Shown: positions 1-8,000 of the stretch, one piece after another
Layout: each line of letters begins with the position of its first letter
Position numbering within the stretch: the stretch's first letter is position 1
Assembly (NCBI GenBank): GCA_964510265.1
Contig: CAZEAL010000186.1
Coordinates: forward strand, 1 to 29,034
Reading direction: 5' to 3'
Source: an uncultured Candidatus Saccharibacteria bacterium
GTDB taxonomy: Bacteria; Patescibacteriota; WWE3; UBA101185; UBA10185
DNA length: 29,034 bases
Position numbers and translations under genes: made by a program
Notes under the pieces: generated by a model
Databases searched by the model: none
The model's input: the letters and a program-made list of their open reading frames with translations, nothing else
Told to the model about the DNA's origin: nothing

Positions 1-1
1 A

Positions 2-1330
2 GTAGTTAATTTAAAAGACAAATCGGCTATATCAAATTGGGTTCATATGCTTTCGGGTTTTATAGATAAGGAAGAGAGGGAGGTATTAAATAATAAAGGA
101 AAAAGAGAGATAAAAAGCTTCTCTTCCATTTCTAACCTTCTTAATAACACAAGTAAAAATATAAGAGATACGGCTGCTAAAGCGGTTAATGACATTATTT
201 CCAAGCATATTGATGTGGCAGAGTATGAATTAAATTCGGTATTGGAATATTTAAAAGTGGAAGACGAATTAAGAAATCGCGACAGGCCGGACCTCGCAAG
301 ATTGGTAAGCGATAACATAGAACCTGAAATTATTGATTCTCTAATAGAATCAGTTTCCTCCAGAAATGATATTTCAAAAAGATTTTATAAATTAAAGGCA
401 AAATTACTTGGTGTAAAAAAACTTCAATACTACGAAAAAAATGTTCCTTACGGAGATATAGATAAAGAAATTTCCTATAAAAAAACCGTAGACTTAATTT
501 GGAACACTTTTAACAACATGGATCCGGAATTTTCATCAATTTTCAAAAACATTGTAGAAAACGGTCAAATAGACGTTCTTCCAAAAAAAGGAAAAAGAAA
601 TGGAGCATTCTGCATGAGTATGTCGCAAGAAACTCCAGTATATATCTTATTGAATTTTTCTAACAAATTGTCCGATTCGTTGACCTTGGCGCATGAAATG
701 GGACATGCGATAAATGACACTTTAATCAGAAGATCTCAACACGCATTATACAGAGATGTATATCTTGCCACTGCAGAAGTAGCGAGCACTTTCTGTGAGG
801 ATTTTGTTCTTAATAGGTTCAGTAAAGGGGCAGATAAAGAAACCCAACTGGCATTAAAGATGATGAAATTAAATGATGACGTGTCCACAATACACAGACA
901 GATCGCCTGCTACATTTTTGAGCAAGAAATACACAAAAACTACAGAGAAAAAGGCTATCTTGCAAAAGAACAGATAGGAGTCGTCTTTCGAAATCATATG
1001 AAAGCATATTTGGGCGATTATGTAGAACTAACAGAAGAATCTGATAACTGGTGGGTGCCTTGGTCGCATATACGAATGTATTTTTACGTGTATTCCTATG
1101 CTAGTGGATTATTGATATCTAAGTATATGCAAAATGCCGTCAGAAGGGATACCAATTTTATAATTAAAGTAAAGGAATTTTTATCCGCGGGTTTATCGGA
1201 TTCGCCTAAAAACATATTTATGAAACTTGGAATAGACATTACTAAAAAAGACTTTTGGAATACTGGACTGGATGAGGTGGAACAACTGTTGGGCGAAGCG
1301 GAGACATTGGCTAAACAGCTTGGCAAATAA
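2..1330 (+). CDS. pepF: Oligoendopeptidase F (peptidase M3B), 5'-truncated by the window edge
   Basis: Frame is open from base 2. Zn motif TLAHEMGH, downstream third-ligand motif TAEVASTFCE, GKRNGAFC and WSHIRMYFYVYSYASG are all typical of M3B PepF. Confidence 0.9.
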   Translation, partial: VVNLKDKSAISNWVHMLSGFIDKEEREVLNNKGKREIKSFSSISNLLNNTSKNIRDTAAKAVNDIISKHIDVAEYELNSVLEYLKVEDELRNRDRPDLARLVSDNIEPEIIDSLIESVSSRNDISKRFYKLKAKLLGVKKLQYYEKNVPYGDIDKEISYKKTVDLIWNTFNNMDPEFSSIFKNIVENGQIDVLPKKGKRNGAFCMSMSQETPVYILLNFSNKLSDSLTLAHEMGHAINDTLIRRSQHALYRDVYLATAEVASTFCEDFVLNRFSKGADKETQLALKMMKLNDDVSTIHRQIACYIFEQEIHKNYREKGYLAKEQIGVVFRNHMKAYLGDYVELTEESDNWWVPWSHIRMYFYVYSYASGLLISKYMQNAVRRDTNFIIKVKEFLSAGLSDSPKNIFMKLGIDITKKDFWNTGLDEVEQLLGEAETLAKQLGK

Positions 1331-1340
1331 AAGTGGCTCT

Positions 1341-2558
1341 ATGTACTTGAGAACTTTTTTCAATTCTGTAAAAAAATTAATTAATGAGCACGATAAAAAG
1401 GTTTTTTGGTGTATAGCACTCATATATTCAGTAAATATAGTATATTTAGCTGGTTCGGATAATTTTACCACCCACAAAGAATACAACCCATTTTATGTCA
1501 GCGATTTTACAGCATTCCTAACAGGTGCGTACATTATTAAATATGATAGTGCTGGAAATTTATACAACTTAGACACACAGCGTAAGTATATCAATGAAGT
1601 AATTAAACCATATAAGAGAGATGAAGTTATATTAACATACAGAAATCCCCCTTTGCTCGCCTTTCTGTTTTTACCTTACACCCTTACTGAACCTATACTC
1701 GCATTTAAAGTATATGTATTTGTAAGCACAATGGTAGTTTTCTTAGGAATATTTATCTTAACCCGGAAGCTAAAACTAAAATCCACTTATTTTGCAATAA
1801 TAGCGTCTGTTTTCTATTCTACTATCAGCAATTTATTGATTGGTCAAATCGGTCCGTATTTACTGCTTGTTTTTTGTTTAATACATGTAAATATTCTTGA
1901 AAATAAATATACGCAAGCCGGTTTATTATCAACCCTATTACTTTTTAAGCCACAATTTGCCCTTATAATACCGCTTATATTGATAGCTTTAAGATTTAAC
2001 AAAAGCTATTTAAAAGCAATACTCCTAGGTAGTATTTTATTTGTAATTGCAAACATTCTTTTATTCGGTTCAAATCCATTTCCGGAATATATATCTTTTT
2101 TGATTAACACCGAAACATACAGCATGGGAACCGACATAGAAAAAAATTATAGTCTACTTTCGCTGTTCTCTATTTTCACTTCGAATCCTTTAAGTATTAC
2201 GTTAATTGTAAGCGCCTTGTTATACATCCTTTTTTTACTACTTTTCATAACAGTAAAAAACAATCGGGAAATATTACTTTTCACTGGTATTTTAATTATG
2301 CTCCCTTTAGCTGTTCATATTAATTTGGCCGATCTAATCATGTCATTAGTCCCAATGATATTCCTCGTTTTTGAATACAATAGGAGTAGAAACACCAAAT
2401 ATTTGTATTCCGTTATTATTGTGTATTTAATCCCTTATATTTACCTGGCTAATATTGTATGGTTAGCAAGTTTACTGTACTTTTTTGTTATCTCTTTAAT
2501 ACTAAAACCTTCAAATTCTATTTCTCTTCCCAATACCACACCCCGTCCCAATTTTTAA
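1341..2558 (+). CDS. GT87/DUF2029-like polytopic membrane glycosyltransferase (GT-C fold)
   Basis: Motifs DFTAFLTG, YRNPPLLAFLFLP, GQIGP and LLFKPQF, with many TM segments. Start moved to ATG 1341, 10 nt after the pepF stop. Confidence 0.75.
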   Translation: MYLRTFFNSVKKLINEHDKKVFWCIALIYSVNIVYLAGSDNFTTHKEYNPFYVSDFTAFLTGAYIIKYDSAGNLYNLDTQRKYINEVIKPYKRDEVILTYRNPPLLAFLFLPYTLTEPILAFKVYVFVSTMVVFLGIFILTRKLKLKSTYFAIIASVFYSTISNLLIGQIGPYLLLVFCLIHVNILENKYTQAGLLSTLLLFKPQFALIIPLILIALRFNKSYLKAILLGSILFVIANILLFGSNPFPEYISFLINTETYSMGTDIEKNYSLLSLFSIFTSNPLSITLIVSALLYILFLLLFITVKNNREILLFTGILIMLPLAVHINLADLIMSLVPMIFLVFEYNRSRNTKYLYSVIIVYLIPYIYLANIVWLASLLYFFVISLILKPSNSISLPNTTPRPNF

Positions 2559-4407
2559 CTTTATCTCCCAAACTTTTTATTCTGTTAATCATAAGATGAG
2601 CCGGCCTGTCATTTGGTAATTGCTCAAAATAAGATACAGCTTTATCAAATTCCCCGGCATAATAAAAAGCCAAACCTTTTTCATATATTTCTTTAATTTT
2701 TAAATTCTCATCCGTTTTATACATTGGCTGGTAAATTTTCACCAATGAAGATCTTCCTCTAACTATAACTGTGTCTATCTTTCTTATAACAAACTCGTCA
2801 TTCAGCTTTCTTAAACTATTTACAACCGGCTCTGTTATTAAAATACTTACTCCGTACTTTCTTGTTAAACCTTCCACCCTCGACGCCAGATTAACGTTGT
2901 CTCCTAAAACAGTGTAATTGAGTCTTTCCTCATTTCCAATGCTGCCTATTATCATTTCTCCGGTATGCACACTCATTCCCACTTTAAATGCATTATCCGC
3001 ATAATCTTTCACAATCATTTCACGCAGCTCCAACACCGTTTTCAAAGCATCCTCAACGTGATTTTCATTTTCACCGGGTGCGTTCCAAAAGGCCATAATT
3101 TCATCGCCGATATACTTATCAATAATCCCATTGTTTCTTATTATTATCTCGTTCGCCTTTGCCAAATACTCGTTAAGTCTGTCCATCAAAACCTCCAAAT
3201 CAAGCTTTTCCGAATATGTCGTAAAGTCTCTTATGTCAACAAACATTACCGTCATCTTCCTTTTAATACCTTTAACTTTACCTGTCTGGTTTTTTACCAT
3301 TTCTTTAAGTACATTTTCATTTACATATTTACCGAATACTTTGTACATAAATGCCCATTCATTTTTGGCGGAAAACATCTTATATACAATTTGAAGAATA
3401 AATGTAGCAGACAATATCAATGTCGAAGTTACAAAATCCCAATTTACTCCATATTCATAAAGAATAAGTCCGAATAAAATGTTTACAAGCAAAAATATAA
3501 TAAATACTGAAAGTTCATATGTTGGTTTCTTCAAACCGGAATAAACTAAAAATGAAGTTGTAGCCAGCATCAGTACCACAAGAAGGAGTAATTCCCTGGA
3601 GATATCTTCCTGGAACCTATCCAGCAAATATGAATTCAAAATATTTGCATGTACATAAACCCCGGGAGTGTTATTACCAAAAACGTCGACAAAGTTATCA
3701 GTGACTTGAGATTTAATATCATAAGTTACTATTCCAACCAGAACGATTTTGCCTCTCAAAGACCTTGGGCTTACAATACCGCTGTAAACATCAACAAAAC
3801 TGTAATAGGTAAAAGACTGATTTGAATAATTAAAGATAATAGGTTCGGTTACACAATTTTTATCAAACTTATTCTTGGCATTTTTATATATAGTCAGTGA
3901 AAAGCTGTCATAACATGTATTATTAAACAATATATTCGGGTTAAATCTTCTGATTTTTCCGTCATCTTCCTGAGGTAAATTCACAAATCCGTTCAATGTT
4001 TTGCCCGTTACCGCTAATGGACTGTTTACTATTGTGTTATTTCCCAATTTTGATGCGAGAACAACATCTAGATTTCCTTTGTTTAATTGCTCTTTAAAAT
4101 CCCTATAATCATTTTCATTTTCATTTAAAAATAAAATATCAAAAGCTAAAGTATTAACGTTTGCTGAGTTTATTTTTTGCACAAAATCCGAAAATATTTC
4201 GTCGGACCACGGCCATGTTCCGAATTCCTTAAAACTCCTATCATCAATACCTATAATTACTATATCTTCCGAAACATCTGCAAATCCCTGCAATTTATCC
4301 AAAAATATCAAATTTAAACTTTTGAAAAACGGCACACCGGAAATTAAAAATAAAAATGAGACAATAAGGAAATTATATATATAGTATTTATTTTCTCTAT
4401 TAAACAT
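2518..4407 (-). CDS. CHASE2-domain class III adenylate/guanylate cyclase
   Basis: CHASE2 motif IVIIGIDD...GTWPW...FDILF, then three TM helices. Cyclase motifs VMFVDIRDFT, IIDKYIGDEIMAFW and YTVLGDNVNLASRVEG are intact; K and T at the specificity positions point to ATP as substrate. Confidence 0.9.
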   Translation of the reverse strand: MFNRENKYYIYNFLIVSFLFLISGVPFFKSLNLIFLDKLQGFADVSEDIVIIGIDDRSFKEFGTWPWSDEIFSDFVQKINSANVNTLAFDILFLNENENDYRDFKEQLNKGNLDVVLASKLGNNTIVNSPLAVTGKTLNGFVNLPQEDDGKIRRFNPNILFNNTCYDSFSLTIYKNAKNKFDKNCVTEPIIFNYSNQSFTYYSFVDVYSGIVSPRSLRGKIVLVGIVTYDIKSQVTDNFVDVFGNNTPGVYVHANILNSYLLDRFQEDISRELLLLVVLMLATTSFLVYSGLKKPTYELSVFIIFLLVNILFGLILYEYGVNWDFVTSTLILSATFILQIVYKMFSAKNEWAFMYKVFGKYVNENVLKEMVKNQTGKVKGIKRKMTVMFVDIRDFTTYSEKLDLEVLMDRLNEYLAKANEIIIRNNGIIDKYIGDEIMAFWNAPGENENHVEDALKTVLELREMIVKDYADNAFKVGMSVHTGEMIIGSIGNEERLNYTVLGDNVNLASRVEGLTRKYGVSILITEPVVNSLRKLNDEFVIRKIDTVIVRGRSSLVKIYQPMYKTDENLKIKEIYEKGLAFYYAGEFDKAVSYFEQLPNDRPAHLMINRIKSLGDKVKNWDGVWYWEEK

Positions 4408-4433
4408 TAGAATATTCAGGCTGGATTAATTGT

Positions 4434-4637
4434 TTAGTTGTCTCGCACGGAAGCTACTGCGGAAGGCCTTTCGGAGACGGGTTTTTGAATACCTGCGAGA
4501 GATTTAATCCTGGAGTATGTGTTCCCGAGGACATTTCCAGAATTAGACAAATCACCATTTTTCCCCGTAACAGAGATAAGAAACCCCGCTATGAGCGTTA
4601 TTATTATTAATATTATGGCAAAAAGTCCTCTTTTCAT
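4434..4637 (-). CDS. Small (67 aa) signal-anchored hypothetical protein
   Basis: N-terminal hydrophobic helix; TATAAT lies exactly 6 nt upstream of the ATG; ends 26 nt before the cyclase start on the same strand. Confidence 0.55.
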   Translation of the reverse strand: MKRGLFAIILIIITLIAGFLISVTGKNGDLSNSGNVLGNTYSRIKSLAGIQKPVSERPSAVASVRDN

Positions 4638-4643
4638 GTCCTG

Positions 4644-4649
4644 ATTATA
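4644..4649 (-). promoter_or_regulatory. -10 box TATAAT, 6 nt before ATG 4637 (leaderless-type)
   Basis: Minus strand reads TATAAT-caggac-ATG; a second TATAAT lies just upstream. Confidence 0.6.
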
Positions 4650-4800
4650 GTAATTATAGGGCGGTGATGCAAGCTTTTTCTTTTTGTATCAGTTTAAATC
4701 AGAGTTCCACACTAAATCTGGAAACTTTACATTATAGGATATGACAAAGGTACTTACCTATACTAGCAAACATTTAATATCAAAATATAATATGATAATA

Positions 4801-4806
4801 TACATT
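4801..4806 (+). promoter_or_regulatory. -10-like box TACATT, 6 nt before ATG 4813
   Basis: TACATT-ataaat-ATG; same spacing as other starts in the window, but a weaker hexamer. Confidence 0.4.
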
Positions 4807-4812
4807 ATAAAT

Positions 4813-5721
4813 ATGGTTAAAGTCGAACTTACAGAAAGAGACGAAGAAAAACAATTGTCGACAAAGGATTTTCATTTAAACGTCCCATTTCCAAATAAAC
4901 ACCATTCAAAAGATAAAGATAAACCAACTAAAGAAAAAACAGCTTTGTATGTACCGCGAAATGAACTTGTGAAAAATAACTTATTTAAGTCTTCCTCATT
5001 TTCACCTAAAGTAAAAGTTACACGAAATGTTACAAACATTCTGGAAACTATTTTTAAGTATGGGAATATAGCAAAAAGATATGGTGAAAATGGTTTAGAA
5101 ATGGACCCTACACGACAACAAATAATCGTATATTCCGCAATTGTTTGTCAAAATAATCTTTTATGGTATCAACGTTCAACTCCTGAAACAGCGGGAACTG
5201 ACAGAAAAAAATTTTTGGGGGATTTAAGATTACAGGGAAAACTATCAATTGGTTTCGGAGGACATAAAACTGAGGATGATATTGGTCTAAGCAACGCTGA
5301 ATTAACTTTTCTTCAGGATCTTTTACCGGTAATAAAAGATCAATTGGCAGTTCTTGTGGGACTTAACAAAGGATTTTTCACTGAAATTGAAGAAGAATTG
5401 GGAATAAATAGAGGAAATATTAAAGATATAAAGTTTTTAGGTGCATTCTTCGATGAGAGACTAGAAGATCCATCAATAGAAATTCAGGTGGGATGGGTAC
5501 ACACCGGAATCGCAACTATTATTGAATTGGATCCGGAGACAACCACTAAACTATATTTTCAAACACGTGAGACAGCAAAAGCATGGTGGGTTCCATTCGA
5601 TAAAGTATTTGAAGATTTAAACCATAAAATGAAAGTAGCGCAACAAGGAAAAGGTCCTTTGGTAGAATCCTGGACGGAAATATTGATCAAAGAATTTTGG
5701 TCCGACTATTACAGTAAATAA
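4813..5721 (+). CDS. Nudix-family phosphoesterase (COG4112/YmaB-like)
   Basis: Motifs [28 protein letters not shown], degenerate Nudix box [16 protein letters not shown] and VESW. Start chosen at ATG 4813. Confidence 0.7.
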   Translation: MVKVELTERDEEKQLSTKDFHLNVPFPNKHHSKDKDKPTKEKTALYVPRNELVKNNLFKSSSFSPKVKVTRNVTNILETIFKYGNIAKRYGENGLEMDPTRQQIIVYSAIVCQNNLLWYQRSTPETAGTDRKKFLGDLRLQGKLSIGFGGHKTEDDIGLSNAELTFLQDLLPVIKDQLAVLVGLNKGFFTEIEEELGINRGNIKDIKFLGAFFDERLEDPSIEIQVGWVHTGIATIIELDPETTTKLYFQTRETAKAWWVPFDKVFEDLNHKMKVAQQGKGPLVESWTEILIKEFWSDYYSK

Positions 5722-6305
5722 GTATCGGGAAAGTTTCCGCATTGTTCCATTAAAAATTCATGTCGAGACTCAAACTTTTGTTTTACTTCTGGTAATACCA
5801 TTTTTTTATTCCAATCTTTCATAGCCTTCTTAATATTATCCGCCATTAGTTCCTCAAATGTTTTAATAGGATTTTCGTACCACCACAAGCTAAAAAACGG
5901 CCCTATCAAATGAGAAGCACCGTCGGCTGATGAAACTATCTGCACTTCAATAGGTGCTTGATTAATATCTGTCTCCAGCTTTTTATCCAAAATATCAATA
6001 TATTTTATAGCTTTGTCAACAAAATCAGCGGATAATCCGATCTCAAGAAGTTTCCTTTTACCTGATTCCTGCTTAGTATTATACTGGTTCTCAAAATCAA
6101 GAATCTTTCCATAATCGTGAAGCCAAACAAGAAGGTAAACCATTTCCTTATCAGCTGTTTTATATATATTGCAAAGTTCCATTGCAATTCTTTCAACAAT
6201 TTCCAAATGATATTTTACAAACCATTTATGATGAATGAATTCTGGATTTTTCGCCGATTCTATGACTTCGTTTTTAAATACATCTATAAGTTCCTTCTTA
6301 TCCAT
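5709..6305 (-). CDS. HD-domain protein (putative phosphohydrolase)
   Basis: YHLEIV...WLHDYGK...SADGASH gives the H-HD-D pattern. ATG 6305 is supported by TAAAAT 6 nt upstream. Confidence 0.75.
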   Translation of the reverse strand: MDKKELIDVFKNEVIESAKNPEFIHHKWFVKYHLEIVERIAMELCNIYKTADKEMVYLLVWLHDYGKILDFENQYNTKQESGKRKLLEIGLSADFVDKAIKYIDILDKKLETDINQAPIEVQIVSSADGASHLIGPFFSLWWYENPIKTFEELMADNIKKAMKDWNKKMVLPEVKQKFESRHEFLMEQCGNFPDTYLL

Positions 6306-6311
6306 ACTCAA

Positions 6312-6317
6312 ATTTTA
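6312..6317 (-). promoter_or_regulatory. -10 box TAAAAT, 6 nt before ATG 6305
   Basis: Minus strand reads TAAAAT-ttgagt-ATG. Confidence 0.55.
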
Positions 6318-6352
6318 CTCACAATAAGCACTCACTACAATTACCATTTAGT

Positions 6353-6381
6353 TTGATTAATCAAATTATTGTTAGTACAAT
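6353..6381 (+). promoter_or_regulatory. Sigma70-type promoter TTGATT-N17-TACAAT, with its -35 inside a perfect 14-bp palindrome
   Basis: TTGATT 6353-6358, 17-nt spacer, TACAAT 6376-6381. Palindrome TTTGATTAATCAAA at 6352-6365. An extra TATAAT at 6388-6393 and SD GAGGAG precede GTG 6414. Confidence 0.5.
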
Positions 6382-6413
6382 CATAAATATAATCTAAGAG
6401 AGGAGAAAATTCC

Positions 6414-6761
6414 GTGGACGAACGTGAAGCTACTGAGGCGCTGTTTGACACGGCGATAGAGATCGCCCAAACTCCGAGGCTGCGCGGCAACCTGTCGGGA
6501 TTGAGACGCCGTCTGATAGACGTCACGAATCAAATCAAGAAAGGAGGCGAACCGGATTGGTACAACCGGGCAGAAGATTTACGGGCACAGCTCATAGAGA
6601 TACTGAGCCAACATCTGATGCGCGTGGAAGATCAACCCGAATTCAGGGGACGCCCCGATCTCCTAGCAATTATGTACGGGCAAGTTCCTGAACACCTGGA
6701 GACGTGGAACAGAGAGTGGGAAAGTAAAATCGTCCCCAAGATTAAGGCCCTTCGCAAATAG
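6414..6761 (+). CDS. Hypothetical protein, 115 aa, high GC (probably horizontally acquired)
   Basis: SD GAGGAG plus GTG start; helical charged sequence. Hand count gives 163/300 G+C in 6421-6720, versus 18/60 in a flanking line (5761-5820). Confidence 0.7.
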   Translation: MDEREATEALFDTAIEIAQTPRLRGNLSGLRRRLIDVTNQIKKGGEPDWYNRAEDLRAQLIEILSQHLMRVEDQPEFRGRPDLLAIMYGQVPEHLETWNREWESKIVPKIKALRK

Positions 6762-6780
6762 TCTTGATGCACGATCAAAA

Positions 6781-6815
6781 ATAGCCTTGGCAACTTTCCA
6801 AATTGCTGGGGCTAT
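6781..6815 (+). terminator. Putative intrinsic terminator hairpin after the 6414-6761 gene
   Basis: 13-bp stem ATAGCCTTGGCAA / TTGCTGGGGCTAT with three G-U pairs that form only on the + strand RNA, a 9-nt loop, and a weakly T-rich tail. Confidence 0.5.
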
Positions 6816-6951
6816 AACTTAACTTTGTTGGTTTCTTGGAAAATGTATTTCAATTAATCAGATTCATATAACATTTCATACGGACGCAGAGGTACAAACT
6901 GAGATGAAAGTGATTTGGGGTAAAGGTTATTTTTTGTTGTAATAACTATTT

Positions 6952-7406
6952 TGGTGGAGATGAGGGGAATCGAACCCCTGTGTTGAAAGCTTAACTATAA
7001 AAGTTTACAAGTTTATCCAAATAGTATTTTCGGCAGGAAAGTATTCGGCATACCTTTTTACCCTGTTATAGGTTTGGCCTTACGGCTTTTGCGCTTAATG
7101 CGCTCGGCAATACTACTCAACCACGGTAGTACAGCCTCATTCCGGTTTTATTCTACCCGAATAAGCCTTTCCGGATAAACGCTTATGGATATGAACTCAA
7201 CACAAAAGTGCCGGTTCAGGCGTATACATATGCGGGAGCGTAAACTTCCGCGTAAGCATCGCTGTTAGCTGTTTTGTTTTCAGCATTTGTTTTTTGCTAA
7301 TTTTTGATGAGTCTTGCGAATCATCCAATCTTTCGATCGGTACGAAGATCTAGCACTTCGACTTGCTTTCATAATCAAGATCTTTCAGTCAAATCCTGTC
7401 ATCCCC
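6952..7406 (-). ncRNA. ssrA: tmRNA (455 nt, one-piece)
   Basis: 5' GGGGAUGACAGGAUUUGAC pairs with 3' ...CAUCUCC-A-CCA, including the G3-U alanine determinant. T-arm AGGGG-UUCGAUU-CCCCU; internal tag ORF; lies 34 nt downstream of smpB. Confidence 0.95.
7216..7284 (-). other. tmRNA tag reading frame (A)AENKTANSDAYAEVYAPAYVYA-stop
   Basis: Resume codon GCT follows AAACAAAU; 22 codons then TGA (7216-7218); Ala-ended hydrophobic tail. Confidence 0.8.
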
Positions 7407-7440
7407 ATATTTAAAAGTTTTTTCTGGTGTTTTCCGCCAT

Positions 7441-7917
7441 TTAAGTGTCGGTAAAACCTTCACTTCTGTTGAACTCTTTCGCTTCTGTTTCAAGATCCTT
7501 TTTTATCTGTTTTTCCTTTTCAAGGTGCCTTTTTTGGGCTTGCTTACGTCCTTTAGCTATTGCGAATTCCAATTTTACCAGATTATGCTCCAATAATAAA
7601 GCCGTAGGTACTGCCGTTCTCCCTTTCTGCTGCATCATTCTCCTAACCTTTTCAATTTCAGAACCGGTAAGCAATAGTTTCCTGGTCCGCCGCAAGTCTG
7701 TTTCTTCTGACTTTTGTGACTGTTTGGAATACTTCCCGATATACATATTGATTACATATAGTTCTTTATCTCCCAAAAGCTGAACATAAGCACCTGTCAA
7801 ATTTGCACGTTTCTCTTTAACTGCTTTAACTTCATAACCTTTTAGTACTATTCCGGCTGTGAATTTTCCTAATAATTCATAATCAAATGATGCACTTCGG
7901 TTTTTTACCAGCAACAT
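7441..7917 (-). CDS. smpB: SsrA-binding protein SmpB
   Basis: KNRSASFDY, AGIVLKGYEVKAVK, RTRKLLL and AKGRKQ..KR..EKEK motifs; adjacent to ssrA. Confidence 0.97.
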   Translation of the reverse strand: MLLVKNRSASFDYELLGKFTAGIVLKGYEVKAVKEKRANLTGAYVQLLGDKELYVINMYIGKYSKQSQKSEETDLRRTRKLLLTGSEIEKVRRMMQQKGRTAVPTALLLEHNLVKLEFAIAKGRKQAQKRHLEKEKQIKKDLETEAKEFNRSEGFTDT

Positions 7918-7923
7918 AGGAAC

Positions 7924-7929
7924 ATTATA
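7924..7929 (-). promoter_or_regulatory. -10 box TATAAT, 6 nt before the smpB ATG
   Basis: Minus strand reads TATAAT-gttcct-ATG; no SD. Confidence 0.65.
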
Positions 7930-8000
7930 CTATGTTAGTTTGAATAAAGGAGTATATTTAATTATGAGAATTACATGAAAATCCCATCTATGTTCAGATC

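Noticed and set aside
6353-6364. FNR box
   Set aside because: The half-sites TTGAT/ATCAA are separated by 2 nt, not the required 4.
4434-6951. A full prophage or genomic island integrated at ssrA
   Set aside because: No integrase, phage gene or duplicated ssrA 3' fragment (att) was found by eye; only the single high-GC gene is reported.
6952-6990. Group I intron in the tmRNA T-loop as the reason for its length
   Set aside because: The T-arm AGGGG-TTCGATT-CCCCT and the acceptor end are contiguous and intact.
7216-7284. EVYA in the tmRNA tag matching the EVYA signal-peptide ends of the pilin-locus proteins
   Set aside because: A four-residue match with unrelated functional contexts; most likely coincidence.
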